Positions 27,349 to 36,678 of a DNA stretch of 56,283 nt are shown here, one piece after another; position 1 is the stretch's first letter, and each line of letters begins with the position of its first letter. The notes below the pieces were generated by a model. That model had not been told where the DNA came from, did no database searches, and saw only the letters and a list, made by a program, of their open reading frames with translations. The DNA comes from a virus (Duplodnaviria; Caudoviricetes). The position numbers and the translations under genes were made by a program. The stretch spans positions 1 through 56,283 of the IMG/VR virus record IMGVR_UViG_3300036985_002190, one strand, 5' to 3'.

Positions 27349-28503
27349 ATGAAGGGAATGGAGATTTTTAACAATGATGATTTTTCAGAAGACTTCATGG
27401 AGTTTGATGATAATCTTCTCGATGGTGACATTAAACCTTTAGATGAAGGTAGAACTCCACCAAGTAAGACTAAGGCTGTTAAAACGCCTAAAAACGACCA
27501 ATTAGAGGATGTAGATGATGTGGACTCTGAAGATGTAGATGATAAAGAGGATGATGACGAACTAGAGGTATTACTCCCCTCTGGAAAGGGCCAAGATGCC
27601 ACCGATGATATAAGTCAAAATTCTTCTACTCTCAGTCCTAAGTTTTTCTCTTCCTTAGTGCAAGCTCTGAAAGAGGGGGGTATTTTAGAAGATATTAAAG
27701 ATGACGATATTAAATCACAGGATGATTTCTTCAAGGTATTAGAAGATGGCATCAAACAACGAGAGTTTTCTGATTTGAATGATACACAGAAAGCATATTT
27801 AGAGGCTCTCAGGGATGGTATTCCACATGAAGAGATCGCTGCTCATCAGCAAAATATTGAGGCTTATAATTCAATTACAGAAGATGCTATTGAGGAAGAG
27901 TCTGATGATGGAGCTGATCTACGCAGGACAATTATTACAAACAACTATTTATCTAAAGGATTTTCAGAAGCGAAAGCTAAAAAACTAATAGATAAAATCT
28001 TTGAATCTGGCGAGGATGTTGATGAGGCTAAGGATGCTCTTAATGAATTAAAAACAATTGAGAGTAAAACATTTGAGCAACAGAAAACCCAAAGAGCAGC
28101 ACAAAAACAAGCTCAACAGAAGGCCGAGAAGGAGTCGATTGATAAACTAAATAAGATTGTCAAGGATACCAAGGAGATTATTCCCGGCTTATCAATACCA
28201 CAAGCTTTAAAGAATGATGTAATAAAGGGGTTAACACAACCAGTAGCATATACTGAAGATAATCGACCACTAGATATAATTTCAAAATTCTTATATGACA
28301 ACCCGATTGACGGCAGATTTAAACTTGCTTATATTCTAAAGGCCACAAAGGATCTTACAAATATGGGAGTCCTCGAGAATAAAAAAGCTAAAAAAGATGC
28401 TTGGAAAAATCTAGCAGAATCCATCAAATTTAAAGAAGATGGTGGTGGTAGAACTGAAGAGGATGGAATGCAATTTGATTTTGATAAATTCAATTTCGAC
28501 TAA
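27349..28503 (+). CDS. Conserved pre-capsid protein, putative scaffold (crAssphage gene 77-like)
   Basis: Very acidic N-terminus, ALKEGGIL, coiled coils; immediately upstream of the capsid gene. Confidence 0.75.
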   Translation: MKGMEIFNNDDFSEDFMEFDDNLLDGDIKPLDEGRTPPSKTKAVKTPKNDQLEDVDDVDSEDVDDKEDDDELEVLLPSGKGQDATDDISQNSSTLSPKFFSSLVQALKEGGILEDIKDDDIKSQDDFFKVLEDGIKQREFSDLNDTQKAYLEALRDGIPHEEIAAHQQNIEAYNSITEDAIEEESDDGADLRRTIITNNYLSKGFSEAKAKKLIDKIFESGEDVDEAKDALNELKTIESKTFEQQKTQRAAQKQAQQKAEKESIDKLNKIVKDTKEIIPGLSIPQALKNDVIKGLTQPVAYTEDNRPLDIISKFLYDNPIDGRFKLAYILKATKDLTNMGVLENKKAKKDAWKNLAESIKFKEDGGGRTEEDGMQFDFDKFNFD

Positions 28504-28526
28504 TTAAAATAAATTTTTATTAATAT

Positions 28527-28883
28527 ATGAAACTACAAAAATTTCAGATGTACGACGCGAAATACTTCAAGGGTTTGATCTCTGCGGAGAATCACCTTGG
28601 ATCAATCTTTCAGCGTCAACCACAGAAGATTGGTGGTAATATGGTACAGTTGTTAGCTTACAACCGTGGTAAATCTCTTGAAGATACATTGGCTCAATTC
28701 CCAACTTTAGTGTTGGATTCTGACGATGAATTTACATGGGAACTCATTGGAGCTTCTTCTCGTAACATTCAGCTTGTTGAAGCACGTATCGGTGCATCTA
28801 CTGTAACTAGCTCTACATTTAATGTAGGTGCTGGTGGATCTAGCTTTAAACTCGTATTTGGCGAGGATTGGTTTGCTAACGGT
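28527..28883 (+). CDS. Major capsid protein, exon 1 (119 codons)
   Basis: ENHLGSIF, DDEFTWELIG...RNIQLVEAR, LVF.EDWF; ends at GGT (T28883). Confidence 0.88.
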
Positions 28884-29828
28884 AAAATGAACATTGCCGC
28901 CTAATAGGGTAACCTGTTAGTGAAAAGCTAGAAGAAATTCTGGTGAAGAAATTGGGCAAAAACGGTGAAATCTTCTAAATAATTCATATCTTTGCATGGT
29001 GTAATTAAATACAGAAAGACCATGGTTGAAGAATGGAGAGAAATAGAAGATTATAAAGGTTATTACGAAGTAAGTAATTTAGGTAAAGTTAGATCGTTAG
29101 ATCGAAAGGTATTTAATCCTAAGAGTGGAATGACAATGAGGCATGGATGTTTGTTCCAGCCAAATACAAATCACAAAGGATATAAATACGTTGGTTTCAG
29201 TAAGGATGGAATTAGAAGTGGATTGCTATTTGTTCATAAATTAGTAGCAAGAGCATTTATTCCCAACCCAGAAAATAAACCACAAGTTAATCATAAGGAT
29301 GGTGATAAATTGAATAATGCAGTTTGGAATCTAGAATGGAATACAGATGCAGAAAATCAAAAACATGCTAAAGATAACTTCTTAAAATCTAGAAATGAAA
29401 ATCATAAAGATTCTGTTCTAACAAATGAACATGTTTTATTTCTACCTAGATTGTTTGAAATTGGAATGAATCAAGGAATGATCGCAAAGATCTACGGAGT
29501 TGATCGACACGTTATAATGAATATATTAAAAGGCGTATCTTATCGACAAATAGTTCCAGAAATAAAAGTAATAACAACTGGTCATGTTTTGGATGTAATT
29601 AAAATGCCAACCGAAACATATTATCGACTTTGTAATCTTTTAAAAGACAATACCGTGCTAAACACTTTGATTACGAAAGGCAAAGTGTCAGTGTAACGCA
29701 TAGCAGATGAATAAATATAATTCTGCCACGAGTGCCCGACATCCTTATGGGATGAAAATATATGCTGAACTTATACAATTGTAAAGTATAAGAACTAGAG
29801 GATAAAAAGCCTCTAGGGTAACAAATTG
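28884..29828 (+). mobile_element. Group I self-splicing intron (945 nt) in the major capsid gene
   Basis: Exon ends in U, intron ends in G. P1 CGGU/GCCG; P10 AAUGA(A)CAUU/GAUGUCAUU; P2 28902-28920; P3 UUGGGC 28952/GCCCGA 29734; P4 ACGGU 28962/ACCGU 29652; P7 GCAUA 29698/UAUGC 29761; P8 and P9 hairpins. Splicing restores the reading frame. Confidence 0.9.
29022..29696 (+). CDS. Intron-encoded NUMOD4-HNH homing endonuclease
   Basis: EEWREI..Y.GYYEVSNLGKVRS (NUMOD4); VHKLVARAFIPNPENKPQVNHKDGDKLNN...NLEW...EN (HNH_3); likely start ATG 29022. Confidence 0.92.
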   Translation: MVEEWREIEDYKGYYEVSNLGKVRSLDRKVFNPKSGMTMRHGCLFQPNTNHKGYKYVGFSKDGIRSGLLFVHKLVARAFIPNPENKPQVNHKDGDKLNNAVWNLEWNTDAENQKHAKDNFLKSRNENHKDSVLTNEHVLFLPRLFEIGMNQGMIAKIYGVDRHVIMNILKGVSYRQIVPEIKVITTGHVLDVIKMPTETYYRLCNLLKDNTVLNTLITKGKVSV

Positions 29829-31007
29829 GATGTCATTGTTGGTGAAAAAAACGAAGTCTACCCACTGCGTATTTTAGGTGAAGCCTCATTTGAGGGAACC
29901 AATGCTGTCTATACAGTTGAGCTGATGGGAGTTAACCCTAATGGAATGCCTGGTGAAGAACTTGTTTCTGGCAAACGCTTCTCGAAAGAATTCTCTCCAG
30001 TAGAATCTGAAGGGTCTCGTAAAGTTGGTGACTTGCATTTTGCTAGTCCGTTGGCTATGCGTAACGAATTCTCTAAATTGCGTATTCAGCATAAAGTCTA
30101 TGGCTCAATGCTTAAACGTAAATTGGTTACTCCAATTCCAGTATCACCAAAAGAAGGTGGCGCTCCTAAGTTATTCCCAATGTGGATGCACTATGTGGAT
30201 TATCAATTGGAAGCTGAATTCTCTGCTGATAAAAACCGTCTATTGATGTTTGCTCGTAGCAACCGTGACGAATGGGGAAATTATAAGAATGTTGGTCAGT
30301 CTGGTAATGTAATTAAACAGGGTGCTGGTATTCGTGAACAAATGGAAGTTAGCTATACTCACTTCTACTCTACATTCAAACTGAAAGTTATCGAAGATGC
30401 ATTGTATCAATTGTCAGAATCAAAACTGGCTATGGACAATCGTGTATTCGTAATGAAAACTGGTGAACGTGGTGCTGCTCAATTCCATAAAGCATGTCAA
30501 GAAATTGCATCTGGATGGCATTCATTTGGTTATCTTGGTGGTAATGCAGCTAATCCTGCTATCATCCAGAAAACAACTAGTGAGCTTCATAGCAACTCTT
30601 TGAGTTTTGGATATCAATTTACCGAATATAAAGCCCCTAACGGTGTCGTTATTAAGGTTGAAGTTGATCCAATGTATGACGATAAAGTTCGTAACAAACA
30701 ATACAAAGATGGTGATCCTTCTAAGGGTGTAGCTGAATCTTATCGTTACGATATTTTCTTCGTAGGTAATCTTGATGGTGGACTAGGTGCTCCAAATATT
30801 CAGATCGTTAAGATTCGTGGATATGAAGGTGATTTCCGTGGATATCAATCAGGCCCATTTGCAAATCCATTCACTGGAGCAGAAAATATCCAGTACGCTT
30901 CTACTGATGAAGATGCTGCTACTGTTCATAAAATGGCAACCTTGGGTGCTATTGTTAGAGATCCATCTCGTACAATTACTATCCTGCCATACGATTTGGC
31001 ATCTTAA
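29829..31007 (+). CDS. Major capsid protein, exon 2 (spliced product 511 aa)
   Basis: DVIVGEKNE.YP, MRNEFS, GAGIREQME, TGERGAAQFH, FGYQFTEY.APNG, VDPMYDD, ESYRYDI. Confidence 0.92.
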   Translation, partial: DVIVGEKNEVYPLRILGEASFEGTNAVYTVELMGVNPNGMPGEELVSGKRFSKEFSPVESEGSRKVGDLHFASPLAMRNEFSKLRIQHKVYGSMLKRKLVTPIPVSPKEGGAPKLFPMWMHYVDYQLEAEFSADKNRLLMFARSNRDEWGNYKNVGQSGNVIKQGAGIREQMEVSYTHFYSTFKLKVIEDALYQLSESKLAMDNRVFVMKTGERGAAQFHKACQEIASGWHSFGYLGGNAANPAIIQKTTSELHSNSLSFGYQFTEYKAPNGVVIKVEVDPMYDDKVRNKQYKDGDPSKGVAESYRYDIFFVGNLDGGLGAPNIQIVKIRGYEGDFRGYQSGPFANPFTGAENIQYASTDEDAATVHKMATLGAIVRDPSRTITILPYDLAS

Positions 31008-31027
31008 TAAAAGATTATTAACTTTGC

Positions 31028-31061
31028 TGCGGGGGATTAAGTTCCTCCGCACTTAGTTTTT
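31028..31061 (+). terminator. Terminator-like hairpin after the capsid gene
   Basis: TGCGGGGGA-ttaagt-TCCTCCGCA then CTTAGTTTTT. Confidence 0.6.
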
Positions 31062-31079
31062 AAATCTTAAAAATATTTT

Positions 31080-31925
31080 ATGGAAGAGAAGAGTTTTTTA
31101 CAGAACAAGAAAGTTTTAGTAAAGTTTGTTGGACGAAAGGGAGGATTTAATAATCAACCAGGCCATGTTTTAGAGGGCGGTAAAATGCAGGGTACATACA
31201 CACGATTTGGCCCACCTATGAATTCATCTGGTAGTATTAAAGAATTTTTAGATAAAGATGAGGTTGAGTTTTTCTCGCAGCGCTTAGGAGAGAGCGTTGC
31301 ATCATCTAATAAAGAATACTGGGATAATTTTGGTATTTCTTTGACAAAGGAGGACATGATCCTAGATCTATCAGATCCATTGCAGATGTTACAATTTAAA
31401 GCATTGCATCACTATACGGCAAAGATTTGCACAAACCCAAATGATTTAACTAAGAGGGGTACTTATCAATGGTGTTTATATAACACAGATGATGAAACCC
31501 TAACCAAAAAATCACAGCTTGATTCACAGCAGAAAGCTTACATCAATTTTGGAAGTATTCAGCAGAACCGTGATAAACTGTGCTATGTATATAGAAATAT
31601 CGAAGGTAGGGTTATTAGTGCCGATTCAGGCTTAGTTGAAATTCAGGGCAAGTTCCTTGAGATTCTAAGCAAGAAATATGTGCGATTTAATCTACTCTTA
31701 GAGGATCAGTTATTTGAAGAAAAAGTTTTACTTAACACCGCATATGAGCTTGGTATTATTGCAGAGAAGTCTGGGGAATATACTGATATCAAGTCAGGCA
31801 AGAAACTATGCGATGAAGGTAGAGCAACCGAACAGGTAGCTGCTGAATATATTGCTAAACCAAAAAATCAAACGCTTAGACTGGAAATCGAAGCTAGAAT
31901 TAAAGTTGCTAAAGATAAAGCATGA
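31080..31925 (+). CDS. Conserved crAss-like protein following MCP (gene 75-like)
   Basis: YWDNF.ISL.KE..ILDLSDP; synteny with the capsid module. Confidence 0.7.
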   Translation: MEEKSFLQNKKVLVKFVGRKGGFNNQPGHVLEGGKMQGTYTRFGPPMNSSGSIKEFLDKDEVEFFSQRLGESVASSNKEYWDNFGISLTKEDMILDLSDPLQMLQFKALHHYTAKICTNPNDLTKRGTYQWCLYNTDDETLTKKSQLDSQQKAYINFGSIQQNRDKLCYVYRNIEGRVISADSGLVEIQGKFLEILSKKYVRFNLLLEDQLFEEKVLLNTAYELGIIAEKSGEYTDIKSGKKLCDEGRATEQVAAEYIAKPKNQTLRLEIEARIKVAKDKA

Positions 31926-32653
31926 CAACAGTAGATTTTAATATTGAGTTTGACTTACTATATAATAATGCTCTAAGCAATAGCGCGCCAGAGATTAATC
32001 TTTATGAGAAGAGTTTGTTTTTAACTCAAGCTCAAGAAGAGATAATCAAGGAAGCTTATGACAATAAAAATAAGAAAGATTTCTTTGAGTCGTCAGAGGC
32101 CATTCGTAGGCGTTTAGAGGAGCTTTGTATTACAAAGGTTAGTTCATACAACTCAGGATTAAACGCTACTCTATCGGCCTTAAAACTATCAACAAACTCA
32201 AAATTCTTCGTAATAGAGAGTGATGTTTGGTATGTAACATATGAAAGATGCGCAACAGCAACTAAACAACTATATATAGTACCAACTGCACTGGATCAAT
32301 ATAGTATGCTTGAAGACAACCCATTCAAAAAACCTAACAAAGATAGGGCATGGAGATTCAACTTAGCAAATACTATTACTTCTGATAAAGTTGTAGAAGT
32401 GGTTTCAGATCAAACGCTGGTATCGTATCTATATAGGTATTTAAAAGAACCACTTCCAATTATATTAGATGATTTAGACACTGTATTTCCGGGTCAAAGT
32501 TTGACAATTAATGGATTAAATACTAAAACGGAGTGCGCTCTTAATAGTGAGGTTCACAGGATTATTCTTAAGAGAGCAGTAGAATTGGCTACTGTAGCAT
32601 ACAAGGATAATACATTACAAAATAATATTCAATTAAATAATAGAAACAATTAA
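31922..32653 (+). CDS. Head-tail ring/adaptor protein (gene 74-like)
   Basis: F..EFDLLYNN..SN.AP....YEKSLFLTQAQE; NPFKKP; YLKEP.PIIL.DL; H..ILKRAVELA. Confidence 0.8.
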   Translation: MTTVDFNIEFDLLYNNALSNSAPEINLYEKSLFLTQAQEEIIKEAYDNKNKKDFFESSEAIRRRLEELCITKVSSYNSGLNATLSALKLSTNSKFFVIESDVWYVTYERCATATKQLYIVPTALDQYSMLEDNPFKKPNKDRAWRFNLANTITSDKVVEVVSDQTLVSYLYRYLKEPLPIILDDLDTVFPGQSLTINGLNTKTECALNSEVHRIILKRAVELATVAYKDNTLQNNIQLNNRNN

Positions 32654-32664
32654 ACTGTTACATT

Positions 32665-33960
32665 ATGTCAACATTTAGTTTTCCCGTACGGGACTTAATT
32701 ATCACTAGTGCTGTAGCAAGCGAAACGACTGCTGCCACTTTTATTGCTTCTGCCTCTGCTGGTGAGGTTGCTATCTTAAATAAAGATGGTCAAACTGCTG
32801 CTGCTTATGGATCTGATGCATATATTTTATCCAAGGATCTTAATGGTCGCGTTAAATCATCTGATACGCTTATTGCTGGCTCTATCAAGAAAGTAACCAA
32901 AGTAGATCCAGTAACTATCGTTCCCGCATATGCTAGCATTCCAATTACAGCCGCTTCTGTGACTGCAACTGCTGCCAAGGATGTTTGGGAAGGTCTTATT
33001 CGTATCCAAGAGTTTGGATCACGTTCTGCTTATGATGAATATCCTGCTCCATTCAATTATGTTGCCGTAACTGGTGACTCTGTTGACACTGTAACAGAAG
33101 GATTGATTAAATCATTGAGCTTTGAGTTTGGTCGAGTTGAAGGTAAACATGAAATGTATGTTAACTTCAAAACTGGATACAAATTTGTATTTACTACAGA
33201 AGCTGCTGTTATCGCAGGTAAGGCCGGTTTAACTAACGGCGACATTATCTGGGTTATGGAAAACAACAAACCTTGGACTGTTGCTGATAAAACTGCAAAT
33301 ACATTTGCAACTATCTGTACTACCGAAAAAACCGATTGGTCTACTGAGCTTGGTAATGGTACTGCTGAATACCTGAATGCTAACCCTTGGTTTCATTTCA
33401 TTAAATTAGATGGATCTGACGTTACTTTGTATATTATTGCAAAGAATCAGACTACTACCGACATGAAAATTGAAGGTTATGACATTAACTTCAGGGTTGG
33501 CTTGCGCATTCTTGATGGAACTTCTTTCGAAGAAGATGCTATCATCACTGTAACAAATACCGGTAAAGTTGGAAGTCCTGGCGAAGGTAAAAACATTCGC
33601 AGACTCGAAACCTTCACCAAGGGTCATACTGGAGATTTCTATCGTGGTATGGGTTATCCTAATAACTTTGATGCTACTTACGACGCTGTGGCAACTACTA
33701 ACTACTACTTGGTTAATGTAGAATTCCAGAAATCAATGCAGGATGTAAATTCGCTTTCAGGAGATCCTTCTCAGAAAGTATTACAAGTTGCATGTTCAAC
33801 TTCTGCTGCTGCTACTGCTGTTTATAATGCAATCTACGCATTGATTAACCCAACACTTGATTCTCTTAGCGACGTTGTTGCAACTGGCGGATCTAATGGT
33901 GATCAGTTAACTTACGTTTCTGCAACTAACTCATGGGCTCCTAGCGCTTCTGGTGTATAA
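32665..33960 (+). CDS. Auxiliary capsid/decoration protein (gene 73-like)
   Basis: G.GKNI..LE.F.KG..GD.YRGMGYP; codon usage like the capsid gene; strong terminator downstream. Confidence 0.7.
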   Translation: MSTFSFPVRDLIITSAVASETTAATFIASASAGEVAILNKDGQTAAAYGSDAYILSKDLNGRVKSSDTLIAGSIKKVTKVDPVTIVPAYASIPITAASVTATAAKDVWEGLIRIQEFGSRSAYDEYPAPFNYVAVTGDSVDTVTEGLIKSLSFEFGRVEGKHEMYVNFKTGYKFVFTTEAAVIAGKAGLTNGDIIWVMENNKPWTVADKTANTFATICTTEKTDWSTELGNGTAEYLNANPWFHFIKLDGSDVTLYIIAKNQTTTDMKIEGYDINFRVGLRILDGTSFEEDAIITVTNTGKVGSPGEGKNIRRLETFTKGHTGDFYRGMGYPNNFDATYDAVATTNYYLVNVEFQKSMQDVNSLSGDPSQKVLQVACSTSAAATAVYNAIYALINPTLDSLSDVVATGGSNGDQLTYVSATNSWAPSASGV

Positions 33961-33994
33961 TCTGAGCATTACTCTCTCATATAATTAATTATTT

Positions 33995-34028
33995 AGGGCT
34001 ATCTTTAATCGGGTAGCCCTTTTTTATT
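33995..34028 (+). terminator. Intrinsic terminator
   Basis: AGGGCTATCT-ttaatc-GGGTAGCCCT plus T-tract. Confidence 0.85.
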
Positions 34029-34085
34029 CCAATATAATTACATATCTTTGTTGGATTATATTTATTCACTAATAATAAGGTGCTT

Positions 34086-35042
34086 ATGGATTGTAATGCA
34101 GAGATTGATAGAGTAGTAGGTGAGTTTTTAAATAGAAGGTATTTGCTTGATATGGGGAGAAATAAGCTTGCTAGATACTTAAAAACAGAGGTTGAAAACA
34201 TATTGATAGCTAAAAAGATTGTAAAGAAAACAATCAACTATGGTTATATTAATCCAGTAAACGAGCCTAGGCTTCCTAAAATCTTAATTATAGATATTGA
34301 GACAGCTCCATTACGTGCGTATATTTGGTCTAGGTGGAAACAAAATATTTATTTAGATCAAACATTATCAGAATGGTTCATGTTAACTTGGAGTGCTAAG
34401 TGGTTATTTTCTCCAGATGTAATGTCTGACAGACTTAATGCTGAAGAAGTTTTTTGTGAAAATGATGGTCGTATTGTGACCAGTCTATGGCATTTACTTA
34501 ATGAAGCCGATATTTTAGTTGCCCATAATGGCGATGCATTTGATGTACCGAAGATTAACAGTAGACTCATCCTCAATGGATTACCACCAGCAACTCCATA
34601 TCAAACTATTGATACTAAAAAAATATCTGCAAAACAATTCGGATTTAGTTCAAATAAGCTAGATGCCCTCGCCGGTTATTTTGGTTTTAAGGTAAAGTTA
34701 GATACCGACTTTAAATTGTGGTCTGAGTGCATGAAGGGTAATGAACAGTCACTTGCTTATATGGAAGAATACAACCGACATGATGTCGAATTATTAGAAG
34801 AAGTCTACTTAAAGTTAAGACCATGGATGAATGCACATCCAAATGTTGCTTTGTATGTTGAGTCAGATAAGCCACTATGTACTCACTGTGGAAGTGATCA
34901 TCTAACATATGTAGCAAACTATTATACCCAGACTGGTAAATTTGAAACTTACAGATGTGAGTGTGGTGCATTAAATAGAATGCGGAAATCAGTTGTGTCT
35001 AAAGATGTTTCTAAATCATTAATGATAAGTACTGCCAGATAA
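34086..35042 (+). CDS. RNase H-fold (DEDD/DnaQ-like) 3'-5' exonuclease with C-terminal Zn ribbon
   Basis: ILIIDIETAP, VAHNGDAFDVP, IDT, SNKLD, YNRHDV; CTHCGS...CECG; TATCTTTG box at 34043-34050. Confidence 0.85.
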   Translation: MDCNAEIDRVVGEFLNRRYLLDMGRNKLARYLKTEVENILIAKKIVKKTINYGYINPVNEPRLPKILIIDIETAPLRAYIWSRWKQNIYLDQTLSEWFMLTWSAKWLFSPDVMSDRLNAEEVFCENDGRIVTSLWHLLNEADILVAHNGDAFDVPKINSRLILNGLPPATPYQTIDTKKISAKQFGFSSNKLDALAGYFGFKVKLDTDFKLWSECMKGNEQSLAYMEEYNRHDVELLEEVYLKLRPWMNAHPNVALYVESDKPLCTHCGSDHLTYVANYYTQTGKFETYRCECGALNRMRKSVVSKDVSKSLMISTAR

Positions 35043-35995
35043 TGAGGGTTACCGATACTGAGAGTTTTATAAATAAAGCAAAATGCATACACGGAGATAA
35101 ATATGATTATTCGTCATCCGTGTATGTTGATGCTAGAACAAAAATAAAAATAAAGTGTCCTATACATGGTGAATTTCTACAATCTCCATGTGATCACAAT
35201 AAGGGGAATGGATGTATTGATTGTGGGTTTGAATCTACAAAAAATAGTAGATTAATATCTATTGAGGATGCAAGAAAAAGGCTGTCATTGATTCAACCAA
35301 ATATAAAAATACTTAATAGAATTATTGGCCGTTCCAACAAAGTATTAGTTGAAGATGATATTGGAATAAAATATATTGTTGGTCTATGTAAGTTATTTGA
35401 AGGTAAAATTCCAGCAGTTAGATCTGCATTAGATCCACAAAATGCATTTATATTAAAATCGTCAAATGTTCACTCTGGTATTTATTCGTATGAAAAATTA
35501 ATATATGTTGACTCTAATTCAAGTGTCATTATTACATGTCACAAACATGGAGATTTTAAACAAGTAGCAAAGAAGCATTTATTTGGACAGGGATGTCCAG
35601 CATGTGCCAGAGACAGGATAACCACTGCAAGTAAAAACAATCCAACAGGATGGACTATTTCTGATTGGATAAAAGCTGGAGAATCAAGCAAGTCATTTAT
35701 TGGATATCGAGTTTATATTTTAGAGTGCTTCAATAAAACTGAAAGATTTGTAAAAATTGGAAGAACATTTAACCCAATACAATTAAGATATAAATGCGAA
35801 TCAAGAATGCCATATGAGTATAATATAATAGCGGAAATTGAAGGAAGTGCTCATCATATGTTTAAGCTTGAGTCTAAATTAAAAAGAATGTGTAAGAACT
35901 TTAAATATTCAGTTGGCATACCATTTGGTGGTCAATATGAATGCTTTACCCCCGATTGTTTAGAACTACTAAAAGACTACATTAATAAAGAATAA
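35042..35995 (+). CDS. Putative homing endonuclease: two DUF723-like Zn repeats plus GIY-YIG-like domain
   Basis: HGDKYDYS...CPIHGEF.Q.P..H..G.GC..C present twice; VYIL...FVKIGRT...R; G.YECF. Confidence 0.8.
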   Translation: MRVTDTESFINKAKCIHGDKYDYSSSVYVDARTKIKIKCPIHGEFLQSPCDHNKGNGCIDCGFESTKNSRLISIEDARKRLSLIQPNIKILNRIIGRSNKVLVEDDIGIKYIVGLCKLFEGKIPAVRSALDPQNAFILKSSNVHSGIYSYEKLIYVDSNSSVIITCHKHGDFKQVAKKHLFGQGCPACARDRITTASKNNPTGWTISDWIKAGESSKSFIGYRVYILECFNKTERFVKIGRTFNPIQLRYKCESRMPYEYNIIAEIEGSAHHMFKLESKLKRMCKNFKYSVGIPFGGQYECFTPDCLELLKDYINKE

Positions 35996-36000
35996 CAATT

Positions 36001-36678
36001 ATGGCCACATTAAAAGAGATCCGATATTCGATAAAAGAAGCACTCTTTATTTACAATGAAGACAGCAATATCTCAAACGAATACATTGATTATAAAATAC
36101 ATACAACTAGAGCTATGTTGTTGGCTCAGCGATTCAGCTCAAGAAGCTTTGTAATACCAAATGTTATTAGACAGCACTTCTATCACGACTTGTCTCTCGC
36201 TGAGGATAATGAGTTTGTCGATGGCATAGGTACGGTCTTAGCCACAACCACAGCAATTCAAACACCACTAGAGCCTTTTAATCTGAAAAACAATATTAGG
36301 ATTACCTCTGGGAGTTACTCTGATATAAGCTTTGCATTTATAGATACTAACAGATTCTCATATGTAGGCCATAACAAGTGGCTCCAGAATATCGTTTATT
36401 GTGCTATTGGTACAGACTGGAAAATCTATTTTACATCAAGTAATCCAAAGGCGAAGATGCTTGAGCAAGTTAAAGTTAGTATGGTTTGCGCAAATCCAGA
36501 GACTGCTTATCCATATACTATTGGTTATAATCCATCTCAGGATTTTGACGAAACCGAATACCCACTCAACTCAGAATTAATTGTTGAGTTAACTGATATT
36601 ATAATTAAACAACTAACCGTCAACCTCATGGCAAAAGAGGATAAGGTTAACGATGCAACCGACAATGGAGATAGATAA
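36001..36678 (+). CDS. Tail ring protein
   Basis: T.KEI.Y.I...RAMLL.Q; RFSYVG.NKWLQN..Y; FD..EYPL...L; D..NDA.D. Confidence 0.7.
   Translation: MATLKEIRYSIKEALFIYNEDSNISNEYIDYKIHTTRAMLLAQRFSSRSFVIPNVIRQHFYHDLSLAEDNEFVDGIGTVLATTTAIQTPLEPFNLKNNIRITSGSYSDISFAFIDTNRFSYVGHNKWLQNIVYCAIGTDWKIYFTSSNPKAKMLEQVKVSMVCANPETAYPYTIGYNPSQDFDETEYPLNSELIVELTDIIIKQLTVNLMAKEDKVNDATDNGDR

Noticed and set aside
28884-28904. ORF-track ending KMNIAA* and TTG start at 29826 as real ends of two separate capsid genes
   Set aside because: Both are intron sequence; splicing gives one continuous capsid protein. Frameshift and pseudogene explanations are unnecessary.
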